NCBI RefSeq assembly: GCF_009914755.1
Contig: NC_060948.1
DNA from: the human T2T-CHM13v2.0 reference genome, Homo sapiens
Length of the DNA: 64,000 bases
Direction: 5' to 3' (one strand)
Under the pieces are notes generated by a model, which saw nothing but the letters and a program-made list of their open reading frames with translations, ran no database searches and was not told the origin of the DNA. Shown here piece by piece: positions 28,275-42,169 of the stretch. Position numbers and translations under genes: made by a program. Each line of letters opens with the position of its first letter. Within the stretch, counting starts at the first letter, position 1.

Positions 28275-30628
28275 TGTATTAGTCTGTTCTCACACTGCTG
28301 ACAAAGACATACCCAAGACTGGGTAATTTATATAGGAAAGAGGTTAAATTGATTCACAGTTCCACATGGCTGTGGAAGCCTTACAATCATGGTGAAAGGT
28401 GAATGAGGACTAAAGTCATGTCTTACACGGTGTCAGGCAAGAGAGCATGTGCAGGGGAACTCCCCTTTATAAAACCATCAAATCCTGTGAGACTTATTCA
28501 CTATCATGAGAACAGCATGGGAAAAACCCACCCCAATGGTTCAATTACCTCCTATTGGGTCCATCCCATAACACATGTGAATTCTTACAATTCAAGATGA
28601 TATTTGGCTGGGGACACAGAGCTAAACTACATCACTCCACCCCTGGCCCCTCCCAAATCTCATGTCCTCATATTTCAAAACCAGTCATGCCTTCCCAACA
28701 CTTCCCCCATTGTCTTAACTCATTTCAGCACTAACTCAAAAGGAACTAACTCCACAGTCTAAAGTCTCATCTGAAACAAGGCAAGTATCTTCCACCTAGG
28801 GGACTGTAAAATCTAAAGCACATTAGTTATTTTCTAGATACAATGGGGGGTACAGGCATTGGGTAGATACATTCATTCCAAATGGGAGAAATGGGCCAAA
28901 ACAAAGGGGCTACAGGCCCCATGCAAGTCCAAAATCTAGCAGGGCTGCCAAATCTTAAAGCTATGAAATGTTCTCCTTTGACTCCATGTCTCACATCTAG
29001 GTCACACTGATCCAAGAGGTGGGTTCACATGGTCTTGTCAGTTCTTCCCTGTGGCTTTGTAGTAGGGAACAGTCCCCATCCCAGCTGCTTTCCTGGGCTG
29101 GTATTGAGTGTCTGAAGCTTTTCCAGGCACACAGTGCAAGCTGTAGGTGGATCTACCATTCTGGGGTCTGGAAGATGGTGGCCCTCTTTTCACAGCTCCA
29201 TGAGGCAGTGCCCCAGTGGGGACTCTGTGTGGGAGCTTCAAATCCACATTTCCCTTACACACTGCCCTAGCAGAGGTTCTCCATGAGGGCCCCACCCCTA
29301 GAGCAAACTTCTGCCCAGACATCCAGGTGTTTCCATACATCCTGTAAAATCTAGGCAGAGGTTCCCAAACCTCAGTTCTTGATTTCTGTGCACCTGCAGG
29401 CCCAACACCATGGGGAAGCCACCAAGGCTTGTGGCTTGCACCCTCTGAAGCAATAGCCTGAGCTGTACATTGGCCATATTTAGCCACAGTTGGAGATGCT
29501 GAAATGCAGGAGACCAAGTCCCTAGGGTGTACAAAGCATGGGGTCCCCAGGCCTGGCCCACAAAACCATTTTTTCTTCCTAGGCCTCCAGGTCTGTGATG
29601 GGAGGGGCTGCCATGAAGGTCTCTGACATGCCCTGAAGATATTTTCCTCATCATATTGGTGATTAACATTTGGCTCCTCATTACTTATGCAAATTTCAGC
29701 AGCTGGCTTGAATTTCTCCTCAGAAAATGGGTTTTTATTTTCTATCTTATTGTGAGGCTGCAAATTTTCTAAACGTTTATGCTCTGCTTCTCTTTTAAAC
29801 ATAAGTTTCAATTCCAAACCATATGTTTGTGAATACATAAAATTTATGATTTTAACAGCATCCAAGTCACCTCTTGAACTCTTTGTTTCTTAGAAATTTC
29901 TTCCACCAGATACTCTAAATCATGTCTCTCAAGTTCAAAGTTCTGCAGATTTCTAGGGAAGGGGCAAAATGCCACCAACCTCTGTGCTAAAACATAGCAA
30001 GAGTCACCTTTACTACAGTTCCCAACAACTTCTTCACCTCCATCTGAGACCACCTCATCCTGGACTTCATTGTCCATATCATTATCAGCATTTTGGTCAA
30101 AGCCATTCAACAAGTCTCTAGGAAGTTTCAAACCTTCCCACATCTGCCTGTATTTTTCTGAGCACTCCAAGCTGTTCCAACATTTGCCTGTTAACCAGTT
30201 CCAAAGTCACTTCCACTTTTTGGGTATCTTTACAGCAGCGTCTTACTACTCAGTACAAATTTACTGTATTAGTCTGTTCTCAGGCTGCTAATAAATACAT
30301 ATCCATGATTGGGTAATTGATTGATAAAGGAATGAGGTTTAATTGATTTACAGTTGCACATGACTGGGGTGGCCTCACAATTATGGCAGGAGGCAAATGA
30401 GGAGCAAAGTCGTGTCTTACATACCAGCAGGCAAGAGAGCATGTTTAGAACTCCCTTTTATAAAACCATCAGATCTTGTGAGAATTTTTACTATCACAAG
30501 AATAGCACGGGAAAAACACACCCCCACTATTGATTCAATTATCTGCCACTGGGTCTCTCCCACAACATGCGGGGATTATTACAATTCAAGGTGGGATTTG
30601 TGTGGCGACGCAGAGCCAAACCATATCA
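28275..30628 (-). mobile_element. Complete THE1B/C-type MaLR provirus
   Basis: LTRs 28275-28634 and 30265-30628; PPT next to the left LTR; probable TSD ACGTG/ACATG; internal ORF pieces 29844..30170, 29038..29865 and 28827..29015. Confidence 0.92.
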
Positions 30629-33600
30629 ACATGTACCCCCCTAGATTATATCAGGAAGATATATAATCTCTTAATCTCTTAGAAGATTAATAACAAGCAG
30701 TGAGATTGAATCAGTAATAAAAAATTACCAACCAAAAAAGCCAAGGCCAGATGGAATTAAAGCTGAATCCTATCAGGTGTTCAAAGAGGAATTGGTATCA
30801 ATCCTACTAAAACTATTCCAAAAGATTAAGAAAGATGGAATCCTTCCCAATTCATTCTATGAAGCCAGTATTACTCTGATACCAAAATCAGAAGAGGATA
30901 TAACAAAATAAGAAAACTAGAAACCAACATCCTTGATGAACATACATGCAAATTCTCAACAAATTACTAGCTAGCCTAATCAAACAGCAAACCAAAAAGA
31001 TAATATACAATCATCAGTGGGTTTCATCCCAGGGATGCAGGGGTGGTTTAACATACACAAGTCAATAAATGCAATACTCACATAAACAGAATTAAAAACA
31101 AAAACTATATGATAATCTCAACAGATACAGAATAAGCATTCAAAAAAATCCAGCATCCCTTTATAATAAAAATCCTCAACAAACTAGGCGTAGAAGGGAC
31201 TCAACTTAATTAATAAAAGTCATATGTGACAAACCCACAGCCAACATACTGAATGTAGTGCAGTTGAAAGAATCCTTTCGAAAACTGGAACAAGACAAGG
31301 ATGGCCACTTTTACTACTTCTATTCAACATAGTATTTGAAGTCCTAGCCAGAGAATTGAGGCAAGAGGTATAAATAAAAGGCATCCAAATTGGAAAAAAG
31401 AAAGTCAAACTATCACTATTAGCCAATGATATAATTATATACCTAGAAAACTTTATAGCTTCCTCCAGAAGACTCCTAGATTTCAAAAACGAATTCAGCA
31501 AAGTCTCAGGTTACAAAGTCAATGTACACAAATCAGTAGCACTTCTATACACCAACAATGATCAAGCTGAAAATAAAATGAAGAACTCAATCCCTTTTAC
31601 AATAGGTGCAAAAAATAAAATAAAATATCTAAGAATATATTTAACCAAGAAGGTAAAAATCTCTATAAGGAGAACTACAAAACGTTGCTGAAAGAAGCCA
31701 TAGATGACTGAAACAAATGGAAACACTTCCCATGCTCATTGATTGGAAAAATCAATATTGTGAAAATGACCCTACTGCCCAAAGCCATCTAGAGATTCAA
31801 TGCAATTCTATCAAAATACCAACATCATTTTTCATAGAACTAGAAAAAAACAATAATCCTTAAAATTCATATGGGACCAAAAAAGAGCTCAAGTAACAAA
31901 GGCAAATCCTTAGCAAAAAGAACAAATACAGAGGCATCTCATTACCAAATTTCAAGTAATACTACAAGGCTGTAGTTACCAAAACAGCATGGTACTGGTA
32001 TAAAAGTAGACATATAGACCAATGAACAAGAATCGATAACCCAGAAATAAAACTAAATACAACCAACTGATGTTCAACAAAGCATACAATAACATAATTT
32101 GGGGAAGAGACACCCTATTAATAAATGGTGCTGGGAAAACTGGCTAGCCACATGCAGAAGACTGAAACTGTATTCCTATCTCTCACCTTATAGAAAAATC
32201 AACTCAAGATGGATTAAAGACTTAAATCCAACACCTAAAACCATACAAAATTTTAGAAGATAACATTGTAAAAACTCTTCTGGACAGTGCCCTAGAAAAA
32301 TAATTTATGTCTTAAACCCCAAAAGACAATGCAACAGCAATAAAAACAAAAATAAATGGGACCTGATTGAATTTAAAAGCTTCTGCGTGGCAAAACAAAT
32401 AATCAGCAAACAGACAAAGAATGGGAGAAAACATTTTCAAACTGCATCCAGCAAAGGACTAGTATCTAAAATCTACAAGGAACTTAAACAAGTCAGCAAG
32501 AAAAAGTCAAATAATCCTATCAACAACTGGACAAATGACATAAATAGGCATTTCTCAAAAGAAGATATGCAAATGATGAAAAAATGTATGAGAAAAATAC
32601 TCAACATCACTAATCACCAGAGAAATACAAATTAAAACCACAATGAGGTACCACCTTAGTTCTGAAAGAATGGCCATTATGAAAAATTCAAAAACAATAG
32701 ATGTTGATATAGATGTGATGAAAGAGGAATGCTTATACACTGGTGGTGGGAATGTAAATTAGTGCAATCTGTATAGAAAACAGTGTGGAAATTCTTAAAG
32801 AACTTAAAGTAGATCTACCATTTGATCCTGCAATCCCGCTACTGGGTATCTACCCAAAGGAAAATAAGTCATTATCAAAAAAAAAAAAAACATGCATGTA
32901 TATGTTTATTGCAGTCCAATTCACAATTGCAAAGATATGGAACCAACCTAAGTGGCCATCGATCAATGAGTGGATAAAAAAATGTGGTATATACGAACAA
33001 TGAAATACTACTCAAATAAAAAGGAATAAAATAATGTCTTTTGCAGCAACTTGGATGGATCTGGAGGTCATTATTCTAAGTGAAGTACCTTAGAAATGGG
33101 AAACCAAAAACCTTATGTTCTCATTTATAAGTGGGAGCTAAATTATGAGTACATAAAAGCATACAGAGTGATATAACAGACTTTGGAGATTCAGAAGGGG
33201 GAAGGTAAAGGGCAGGTGTGAGATAAAAAAACTACATATTGGCTACAGAGTACACTATTCAGGTGATGGGTACATTAAATCTCAGAATTCAACACTATTT
33301 AATTCATCTGTGTAACCAAAAACACTTGTACCACAAAAGCTATTGAAATAAAAAAAATAAAAGAGCAAAATAAATAAATAAGTTAATTAATATTATCTTA
33401 AAGTGAAATAAACAGCGTGAATGCAAGGTACAGGTGAAGAAAGCAAAGTTTTAAGCATCAATGTAGAAAAATATAGCTCTGATTACTTTAATTTTAAGGT
33501 AGAGGGTGTTGATAATGAACTTAACCACAAGGAGGCAAGAAGGAGAATTTACAAAAAAGAAAAACAGAGTATGGGATAATAAGCCAAGGCAGAAATATTA

Positions 33601-34448
33601 CAAGAGTGATTTACACATACTTAGTTTCAGGGGTCAGGGCAAGGAGAAGTGAAGTCAGCAAGATGTCATTCTTGTCCTTACCTCTTCTCTTTAAAGCTAG
33701 TAGAGGGAGAGTGATAGCCCCCTTCTGCTTTTGGCACTGGAACAGGAAAGCTACAGGAGGAACAATGTAAAATTCCAAATAAACTCTTCTGATTTTGAAA
33801 TGTGGCTATATGCAGATAAAGTTACTATTCTCTGAATGAACAATTCAAATATCTAGGAGACTTGCATTTAGCAAGTACCTTAAGTGCTATCCTGATTTAA
33901 TTTGTCATTCTTATTGTTATTACTATAATAAATCACTTGAAATGATTCTTGTATGTGGAGCAAGCAAGTATCCTTTATCCAACTTAAAAAGGATGGGAAG
34001 TTTATAATCAAAAGGATAAATGTTCTGAGTTGTAAGAAGAATCATTGTGAAAAAAAATAAGATTAAAAGAAAAAGAATGGATCAAAGTGTTCTTTACATA
34101 TGCTGTTTTTATTCAACTGAAAATTAACGTATGTTGGGAAGATACCTTAAAGTCAGTTCTGTATATTTATCATCTGGCTTGTGTTTAATTAAATAAAAAT
34201 CAGATTATCCCTTTTATTTTGAACTGCAAGATGTTCGTGTTGTCTCTAAAGTATTTGGCCGCTTCCCCAGAATGACAACTTTCATTTTGATATTTGTGGT
34301 GAAGGAGAACAAAAGAAAAATTGTCAGTCTCAAATGATGATTAAAAAAATTAAAATTATACCTGATAATGAGTAAAGTTTCCTAAGAGTCACAAGAAAAT
34401 AAAGTTTGATACTGTCTTAAACAAATATCAGGAATTAACTAGGGCAAC

Positions 34449-34611
34449 CAAGACCAGATACATAATTTGTGGAGCCCTGTGCAAAATGAAAATGTGGGGT
34501 CTCTTGTTAAAATTTTATTAAGAGTTTCAACACAGCAACAGCACAACATTAAGAAAAGCTCAGGGTCCTGATGATAAACACACAGATTGTATACTCACAA
34601 AGTCAATCCTG
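34449..34611 (+). mobile_element. MER91A-like hAT DNA transposon
   Basis: tacataatttgtggagccctgtgcaaaatgaaaatgtgggg...ttattaagagtttcaa matches recalled MER91A. Confidence 0.7.
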
Positions 34612-34715
34612 GGGGAAAAGTAGTCTTAATAAAGACTTCATTTTTAACCGTTTATTATTAAAGAATTATTTAATTATAGCACAGTAATTGCAAAGATGAA
34701 AGGTCTTATGTACCC

Positions 34716-35086
34716 TGGAGTAGTCCGTTCTCATGCTGTTAATAAAGACTTGCCTGAGACTGGGTAGTTTATAAAGGAAAGGGGTTTAATTGACTCACAG
34801 TTCAGCATGGCTAACTGTGAGGGAGTCCTCACAATCATGGTGGAAGGCAAAGGAAGAGCCAAGTCACATCTTACATAGCATCAGGCAAGAGAGCATGTGC
34901 AGGGGAACTGCCCTTTATAAAACCATCAGATCTAGTAACACTTTTTTACTATTATGAGAATAGCATGGGAAAAACCTCCCCCCTTGATTCAATTACCTTC
35001 CACCAGGTCACTCTCACAACACATGGGGATTATGAGAGCTACAATTCAAGATGAGATGTGGGTGGTGACAGAGCCAAATCATATCA
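34716..35086 (-). mobile_element. THE1 solo LTR
   Basis: THE1 LTR text ending aaatcatatca; TSD TACCC/TAACC. Confidence 0.92.
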
Positions 35087-35399
35087 TAACCTTTACTCAG
35101 TTTCCTCCAAAGGTTATATCTTACAGAATTATAGCACACAATCAAAACCTGAATATTGACATTGGTACAACAAATTTGTATAGTTCTATACCATTTCCTT
35201 ACATGTATAAGTTCAAGTAACCATCACTGCAAAAAAGACACGGAAATATTCCATTACCACAAAGGTCTATCTTGTGTTCCTCTTTGAAGTCACACCTTCC
35301 TCCCTGCTTACCATTGTCTCTAAGCCCTGACAACCACTGATTTCTTTTCCATGTTCATAATTTTTTCATTTCACAAATGGTATATGCATAGAATTATAT

Positions 35400-35725
35400 T
35401 GCCTTAGTCAGTTGGAGCGGCTTTAATAAATTACTATAGTCTGGGTGACTTAAACAGCAAACATTTATTTCTCATGGTTCTGGAGCCTGGAAGTATGAGA
35501 TCAGTATGCCAGCCTAAACAGGCTCTGATGAGGGCCTTCTTTCTGGCTAGAGAGAAATATTTCAAATATCTTTCTCTTTTTATAAGGGTGCTAATTTAAT
35601 CATGAGGATTCCACCCTCATGACCTAATTAGCTCCCAAAGACCTCACCTTGAAATCTCATCACATTTAGGTTTAGGGTTTCAACATATACTTTTGGGGAG
35701 GGGCACAAACATTCAGTCCAAAGCA
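35400..35725 (-). mobile_element. MLT1A-type solo LTR
   Basis: tgccttagtc...acatttatttctcatggttctggag...cacaaacattcagtccaaagca; TSD TATAT/CATAT. Confidence 0.85.
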
Positions 35726-36539
35726 CATATATTATGTAATCTTTCAAAATTTGTTTTTTTCACTCAGTGCAATTCTTTGAAAATTCATCAAAGTTTTGCA
35801 AATATCAATAGTCCATTTATATTACTGACTACTATTCTGTGTTATGGATATACTATCATTCTATGGTTTCTTTAGCAGTGAAGTCTAATTCAGAAGAACA
35901 TCTGAATTTTTCCCAGTTTTTGGGCACTATAAATGAAGCTGCTATGAACAGGTTCTGTGTAGACACAAGTTATCATTTCTCTAGGGTACATTTTCAAGAG
36001 TGTGATTGCTGAACCATATGCTAAGTGAATGTTTAGTTATTCAAGAAACCACCATACAAATTTCCAGAGTGGCTGTGACATTTTACATTTCTACTAGCCA
36101 TATATGAAAGATCTAGTTTCTTCACATATGAGGCAGCATTGGAGTGAGATCAATTTTGAGGGAAAGTGAGAAAACAGGGAATCCTGTATTTGGTAAATGA
36201 GTTGAGTTGTTTAAATGTGGTATCTAGAACTTTAAAATATTAGTCAAGAAAAGACAAGAGGGAAAAGCTTCATATAAAAGAAAAGATCACCAGAATAAGG
36301 AAAGTCTCAAAGGCACTTTACCACAAATTTTTCCTCTGAACTTTATAGGTATATTCACCCGTTCTATGGCTTTTAAACAGGGATAAGTAAAAGGCATAAG
36401 TTTCTGCATGGCTCTTGCATCATGAAATGCATTCTTTAATACCATTTTCACTTTGAATAAGTTTTTTGTAAAAACGTATTGTGTATTCTTATGGTTAATG
36501 ATACTTGTCATTCATTTGAATTGCTGAGTCTAGAAATCT

Positions 36540-37206
36540 GACTGCATTCTATTATCCAACTGGTCACCAGATTTATCAGTTCTACCTCCATCATGTCTAG
36601 GTAATTATGGATCATTTCTATTGCCACAGCTTCTTAATTCTTCAAAGTTCCAAATGCTGAAGTCTATTTGCTCTACTCACACTGTTGCCAGAGTTGACTT
36701 TCTTAAGCATAAAACAATTTCTGCAATTTCTGTGCTTAAAAATATTTGCTGACTCCTGAATGTAAAGTCTTAACTCAATTACATGGAATTCAAAAGCTAC
36801 ACTAATTTGTTATAATTCTCAATCTTCTCTTTCTATTTCTAATATAACATTTTAAAAGAGTATAGTTGTAGATCATCAATGTTACAAATTCATGCTATAG
36901 TTCCCCTTGTTCTTTCTTTCCTCTGCTCTCTTTCTTTGAGGTCTTACTTTCATTTAATGCTTTCTTGAATTATATGCTCTTCATTGAAAGCTCCAGGTAA
37001 AATTAACAATCCCTTTCCCAGATATATGTTGATAGTCTATTCATCGTACTAACTACACCATAAAATTGTAAAATTGTTATATACATATAATTCCTCCAAT
37101 AGATTATAAATGTCTTGAGAGTGCAGACTGTGCCTTACATCATTGTCCCCACTCCCAGTACTGGTGAAATACTTGGAATACAAATGCAGTAAATGGAGAT
37201 TGAATT
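36540..37206 (+). mobile_element. L2 fragments
   Basis: cactgttgccagagttgactttctt and 3' end agattataaatgtcttgagagtgcagactgtg. Confidence 0.55.
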
Positions 37207-37569
37207 GCATCCTATCAGAGAATGGGAAAAGAGTATCAAGCAGTACTTCCAAAACTGCTAAAAAAAAAAAAAAATAAAATGGCAAAGAGTAAAAAGGCCA
37301 ATTAAATATAATATTTTTCATTCTTAAGGAATAATGAAATATTAGAAAAAAATGTTATGTGAAAAATGCTCTTTCTAATTTCATTAATCTGATAATTGGC
37401 TCTTCACCTTCCTTTACCTAGTTAGATAAAGTCACAGACTTATTATTGTATAAAATAAGAAATACAGTTTTTAAAAACTGATATATTAATGGGGAAAATA
37501 TAGTCCAATGTTTCTTTTGAAAGCTCAAATTATACATGTATTTAAATACTTCCCAGTTTTTATTTAATT

Positions 37570-37990
37570 AATTCATCAGTTAATGTATTCATTTCACAGA
37601 TTGCTGTTGAATATCTTTAATATATCAAAACCTGCAAGGTGCTAGACATACAAGGTAAATACAAAGTCTCTATCAAAGAATTTAATAAGAGATTGGAGAA
37701 ACAGACACTTAGAAACATTTACAAATCACCATGAATGGAACAATGTACGCTAGTGTTGTGGGAGAGGAAGTTTTGAAATACTTCCACAGAGAGGATGATA
37801 CTCAAAGTGGGTATTGAAGAATGCGAAGAGTTTCTGGGGATAAATGAGAACATAATAAGTAGAAGGAAGAACATAAGAAGCATGGCATTGCAATGGTGAC
37901 TGACTTAGGGCTATACTGTCTTAGACTTGGAAGTGTAGCTAGGGAAGTAGGATTATTGTTGTGAATATGCATCCTTATATGGCATATTTT
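37570..37990 (-). mobile_element. L2 fragment
   Basis: Antisense L2 3' end (attcatttcacag...aaggtgctagacatacaagg...ggagaaacagaca). Confidence 0.55.
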
Positions 37991-39968
37991 CCTTATATTT
38001 GAGAATTAAAATTGTTTCTTTGAATTTCAATAACAGCCTATTCTTACAAACATGTTTTGTTTTTCTATCATTGATTAGAGTCATTAATAAAATTGCCTAC
38101 AGCTTTAAAATAATTGTCTATTTATTTTAGCTCAACAGCTTCGTATAAAATGGTAAAGACTAAGGTAGCATCAAGTATGGATACTTACCAAGATATTGTT
38201 TTATATGGGGAAAATGTAACATAACCCAAGTTCAGGAATAGGAACAGTGATGCATTCTCATTTAGATGCAATTTAATGACGCAGTTTCTCACTAAGCTGA
38301 TTATTCACTGCATTTTCCCCTACAATTAATCTGGCATACTAAGTTAAGGCACATTATACGAGGTTACATGCCAACACTTTTGGAATTCTTAAAACACTGC
38401 AAAGTAATCTCAGGGAAGAATTTTAGCTCCCGGTACATATAAAATAAAAGTTAAGGGAATAATTATTTTGCATCTATGAAGTACCGTGAAGAGTTAGCTT
38501 GGGCCATATGTGTCAACTGTTTGCTAAAACCAGATTTCTCTTTCACATGTAACTTATTTAACTCTTTAGAAGTGAATACTTGGAAGGACACAAGCAAATA
38601 ATTCACAAGTGATGAAACTAAAATAGTCCCTATATAAAATGTCAATATCTAAAGAAATATATATTAAAAGAAGAAAAGGAACAATTCCTTCAATTACTAA
38701 ATTATCATGTTTTGTTCATAATAATAATAGCCAAAGCTGGTTGATGTAAGGAAACCAAGTGATACTCTTGTACAGTTTTGGTAAGAACATATTTGTGCAG
38801 TCTTTCCGGAAGGAAATTTAGTAACTGCCTTAAAAACGTACTTTTCTTTTACAAGCTATTCAATGTTAAGATTATATTCCGAAAAAATAATCAGAGAAGT
38901 GTTTACAGACAAGTATACAAAACTATATACTGTAGTATTTTTCACAGCATAGAAAGTTAAAGACACTTTACATGTTCAACAACTGTGGATTAATTACATC
39001 CATAATGACAAAGAGATAACGTACAGTATTTAGAATTGTAGTTTTTAAGAAACAATGTGAAAATGAGAAAAAATACTAGCAACAGTAAATATAACATGAA
39101 TAATAAACAGCAAACACCATTTTAAATGTGAATGGTAAAATTATGGAAAGATTACTAGTTATAGCTCTGCTTATTTTATTCTACTTTAGTAATTACCTGA
39201 GTTTATTAGAGTTCATTAGATACTTTAGAGTTGATGTGCATTACTTTGGTACATAGTAAACATACTATAAATATTTAGAAAACCAACTGATTTATTGTTT
39301 TGGTAGTATTTTATTTGCTGAACTATAGGCGTAGGGAAATCTACATGTTGTTGTGGAATCTTGTTATAGTACCTTATGTGACTGCTTAGTAAGTTCTTTG
39401 TGCCCATTTGAAATCAATAACTACAGTTGAAGATACTCTGTATGGATTTTCCTTATTAGATAAGTATCTGCATACAGGGGAAATTTTGCAATTTATTTTT
39501 TATCTAATGTACATATTTTAAATTCTGCTTGCCTTTTCTCCTTTTATCAGAACATGAAAATGAAAAGAAACATATGATCTGACAGCTTCTCCATAAGAGG
39601 AAAATCCTTAATAGCTAAATACTTGTTCAAAGTATTCCTTGAAGCAATCTCCATTTTTTTTCACGGTTATGGTCATCAAGATAAAAAACAAAACAAAACA
39701 GAAAACAAGTTATTTTGCCTTTAAGTCTCCAAAACTGGCTGTATCCTCAACTTCTGTTTGCATATGCAGTTACAGTCTCAGAATTTCTCCAACTTAAAGC
39801 AAAACGTAGAAGCAAGATAAGACTATTGGCTTAAGAGATTGAAAAGAAAGGATGGAGTTTCCCATTTTATTTAGAATTCAGATTCTTTTTGAGCCATTAC
39901 TGTCCATTTCTCTTGGTGTCTACCCAATGGCCTAATGTTTAACTATGCGAGACATTCCAAGTCTATTT

Positions 39969-39972
<4 letters not shown>

Positions 39973-40004
<32 letters not shown>
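39973..40004 (+). repeat. (CA)16 microsatellite
   Basis: Perfect CA run. Confidence 0.95.
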
Positions 40005-40006
<2 letters not shown>

Positions 40007-40008
40007 AG

Positions 40009-40349
40009 TGCTGTGTTCTGAATGTGTGTGTCCCTGAAAAATTCATATATTAAAATTTAATCCTCAATGCAATAATATTAAGAGGTATGGACTTTGGGAG
40101 TTGATTAGATCATGAGGACTCTGCAATCATGAATGGCAGTTGTGCTCTTGGGAGCTTGGGGGCCCTTTTGCCACGTAAGGATACAGCAAAAGGCACCATC
40201 TATGAAGAAGAGAGCAAGCCTTCACCAAAAATCTGCTAGTATATTGATCTTGAACTTCCCAGCCTCCAGAACTGTGAGAAGTATATTTCTATTATTTACA
40301 AATTACCCAATATAGAGTATATTGTTATAGCAGCCCAAATACAGTGACA
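40009..40349 (+). mobile_element. MLT1A-type solo LTR
   Basis: tgctgtgttctgaatgtgtgtgtccc...cagcctccagaactgtgagaa...gttatagcagcccaaa; flanked by CAATAG direct repeats. Confidence 0.85.
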
Positions 40350-41160
40350 CAATAGCAAAAACTTACATTAAAATTATTCTTAGATTTGATCTAGAAAATA
40401 CTGCTTTGCTACATATAAGAAAACAAATATACCAGATTACCAAGAAAGATACTTGATTATGGATTTTCTGACTTCCAACTTGGGGCTCTTTCAGTGATAC
40501 GGAAGTGAAAATTAAAAATAAGTGTGAAGTACTAAAATAAATTCAACAGAAAAACACCCCCAACTCCATTGCAAGCTAGCTCACATAGTCTGAGAAAAAC
40601 AATGCTAAACAACATATATGTTATTTTGTTTTGTTTGCTTATATCTTCTGAGATAGAAAAAATCCAAATCTGTTGTTCTCCTTGTCTTGGAGCTGACCCT
40701 TTCCAGCAGATGATATCACCTCTAAGGTAACTAAGAACAATGATTTCTTATGGAAGTTAAATCAAGACTGTTCCTATCAAAAATGTTGAATATTAGAGAG
40801 AAATGCAGCAATAATATATGGAGTTTAGTAATATGATGGACAGCTCTGTAATCATATTAGTTTCAAAATATTTAATATAGTCTTTTCCAAATATGATATA
40901 AGCAGATGGATAGACTAGCTGTGTACTTTCATTGCCTCTGCTTTACTGATGCAGAACTCTTAAAACAAGCTTCCAAATATTGTTGGTTCTTTGCTTATTG
41001 AGTGTGAAATTGAAAGCAAAGCAAACCAAATGCTGTGACGTATATCCATTTTCCATCCTCCTTGGTCTTGGAAATCAATTATTATTCAAAATTACCCTTT
41101 ATAATCAAAATTATTTGTATAACAACTAATATGCCATTATCTTAAACTAATATGATCACA

Positions 41161-41302
41161 TTCTTTTTTTCTTTTGTTTTTGGTAGAGATGGGAGTCTCA
41201 CTGTTTTGCCCAAGCTGGTCTTGAATTCCTGGCCTCAAGTGTTCCTCCCGCCTCAGACTCGCAAAGTGCTGGGATTACAGGCAGAAGTCACTGCTCCAGG
41301 CC
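41161..41302 (-). mobile_element. FLAM (free left Alu monomer)
   Basis: Single antisense monomer with a T-rich tail. Confidence 0.8.
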
Positions 41303-42169
41303 ACATTATTTTTATGATTATTATGATTAATACTTTTAAATAGTTGTACTTTGGGTTCTTGGGAACCCAGAGAAATAACATTCTTCACAAAGTTAGTTCA
41401 AAGGATTTTTTAAAGCTTAGTGCTACCGTTCTAAATGACTTTTTAAAAGAAAAGCATTCAGTATTTTAAGAAACATATAAATTGAATTTTGTGATTATCT
41501 GAATCGGTGTTTTAGTTAGCAATGTAATGAGAGTAAAAGTAACTAAACATTAAACTTTCTAATAGATTTCAGTTCAATACTAATACTACAGGGTTGATGC
41601 TTGCATTTCTTAGAAAGAGCAGGAAAATAAATATATATGTATATTTAATTATAAACAGAAGGCAGAGTTAGTTTACAACATTTAAAAAAAATCTAGATTG
41701 CATACTTTAATTTTCACCATGCAAAAAGTTGGAACTTGTAACTTCCAATGAGTCAATCTTTGGCTATTTTTCACAATCCACAAGTCCATGGTTTTTCTAT
41801 AAAATAAGCACTAGTAATAAAAATCACAGGACACTATTTAATATGTTTGGTTGTATTATAATATTGAGAATAATTGGAGGATAAAATACTTTCTTTTAAA
41901 ACATCACCTTTTCAGTGTCTGTTTCAAAAATATAGAATAAATTTAATTTTTAAAATTCTCTAAGTTTTCTATAACATCTTGAAATCATTTGTGATACTGT
42001 GATGCCACAATACCAGAGTGCCCCAGACTAAAATAAAACAAAACAATCAAATATACAAACATAAAAATAAAACCAGCCAAGTACATATGGGTGAATATGG
42101 TATTTTTATAGCATTAATTTATGGGGTAGTTAGACATTTCTTTTCTTTTTGCCATTCGTGGGGTGTGAG

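Larger units (their letters stand above)
14748..33370 (+). mobile_element. Full-length old L1 (L1MA1/L1PB-type) split by three nested insertions
   Basis: ~2.5-kb 5'UTR, ORF1 remnant ~17270-18300, endonuclease remnant (ORF 20659..20982, GWKIFHGN...GHYIMIKGS), ORF2 resuming at ~27388 and ~30629, 3'UTR gcatacagagtgatataac...gctattgaaataaaaaaa and A-tail; about 7.6 kb once the inserts are removed. Confidence 0.88.
34640..36140 (-). mobile_element. L1MC/MD-type 3' fragment interrupted by two solo LTRs
   Basis: Antisense L1M 3'UTR (gtaccc|tttactcagtttcctccaaagg...attgacattggtac; aaatgaagctgctatgaaca) is continuous across both inserts. Confidence 0.7.
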
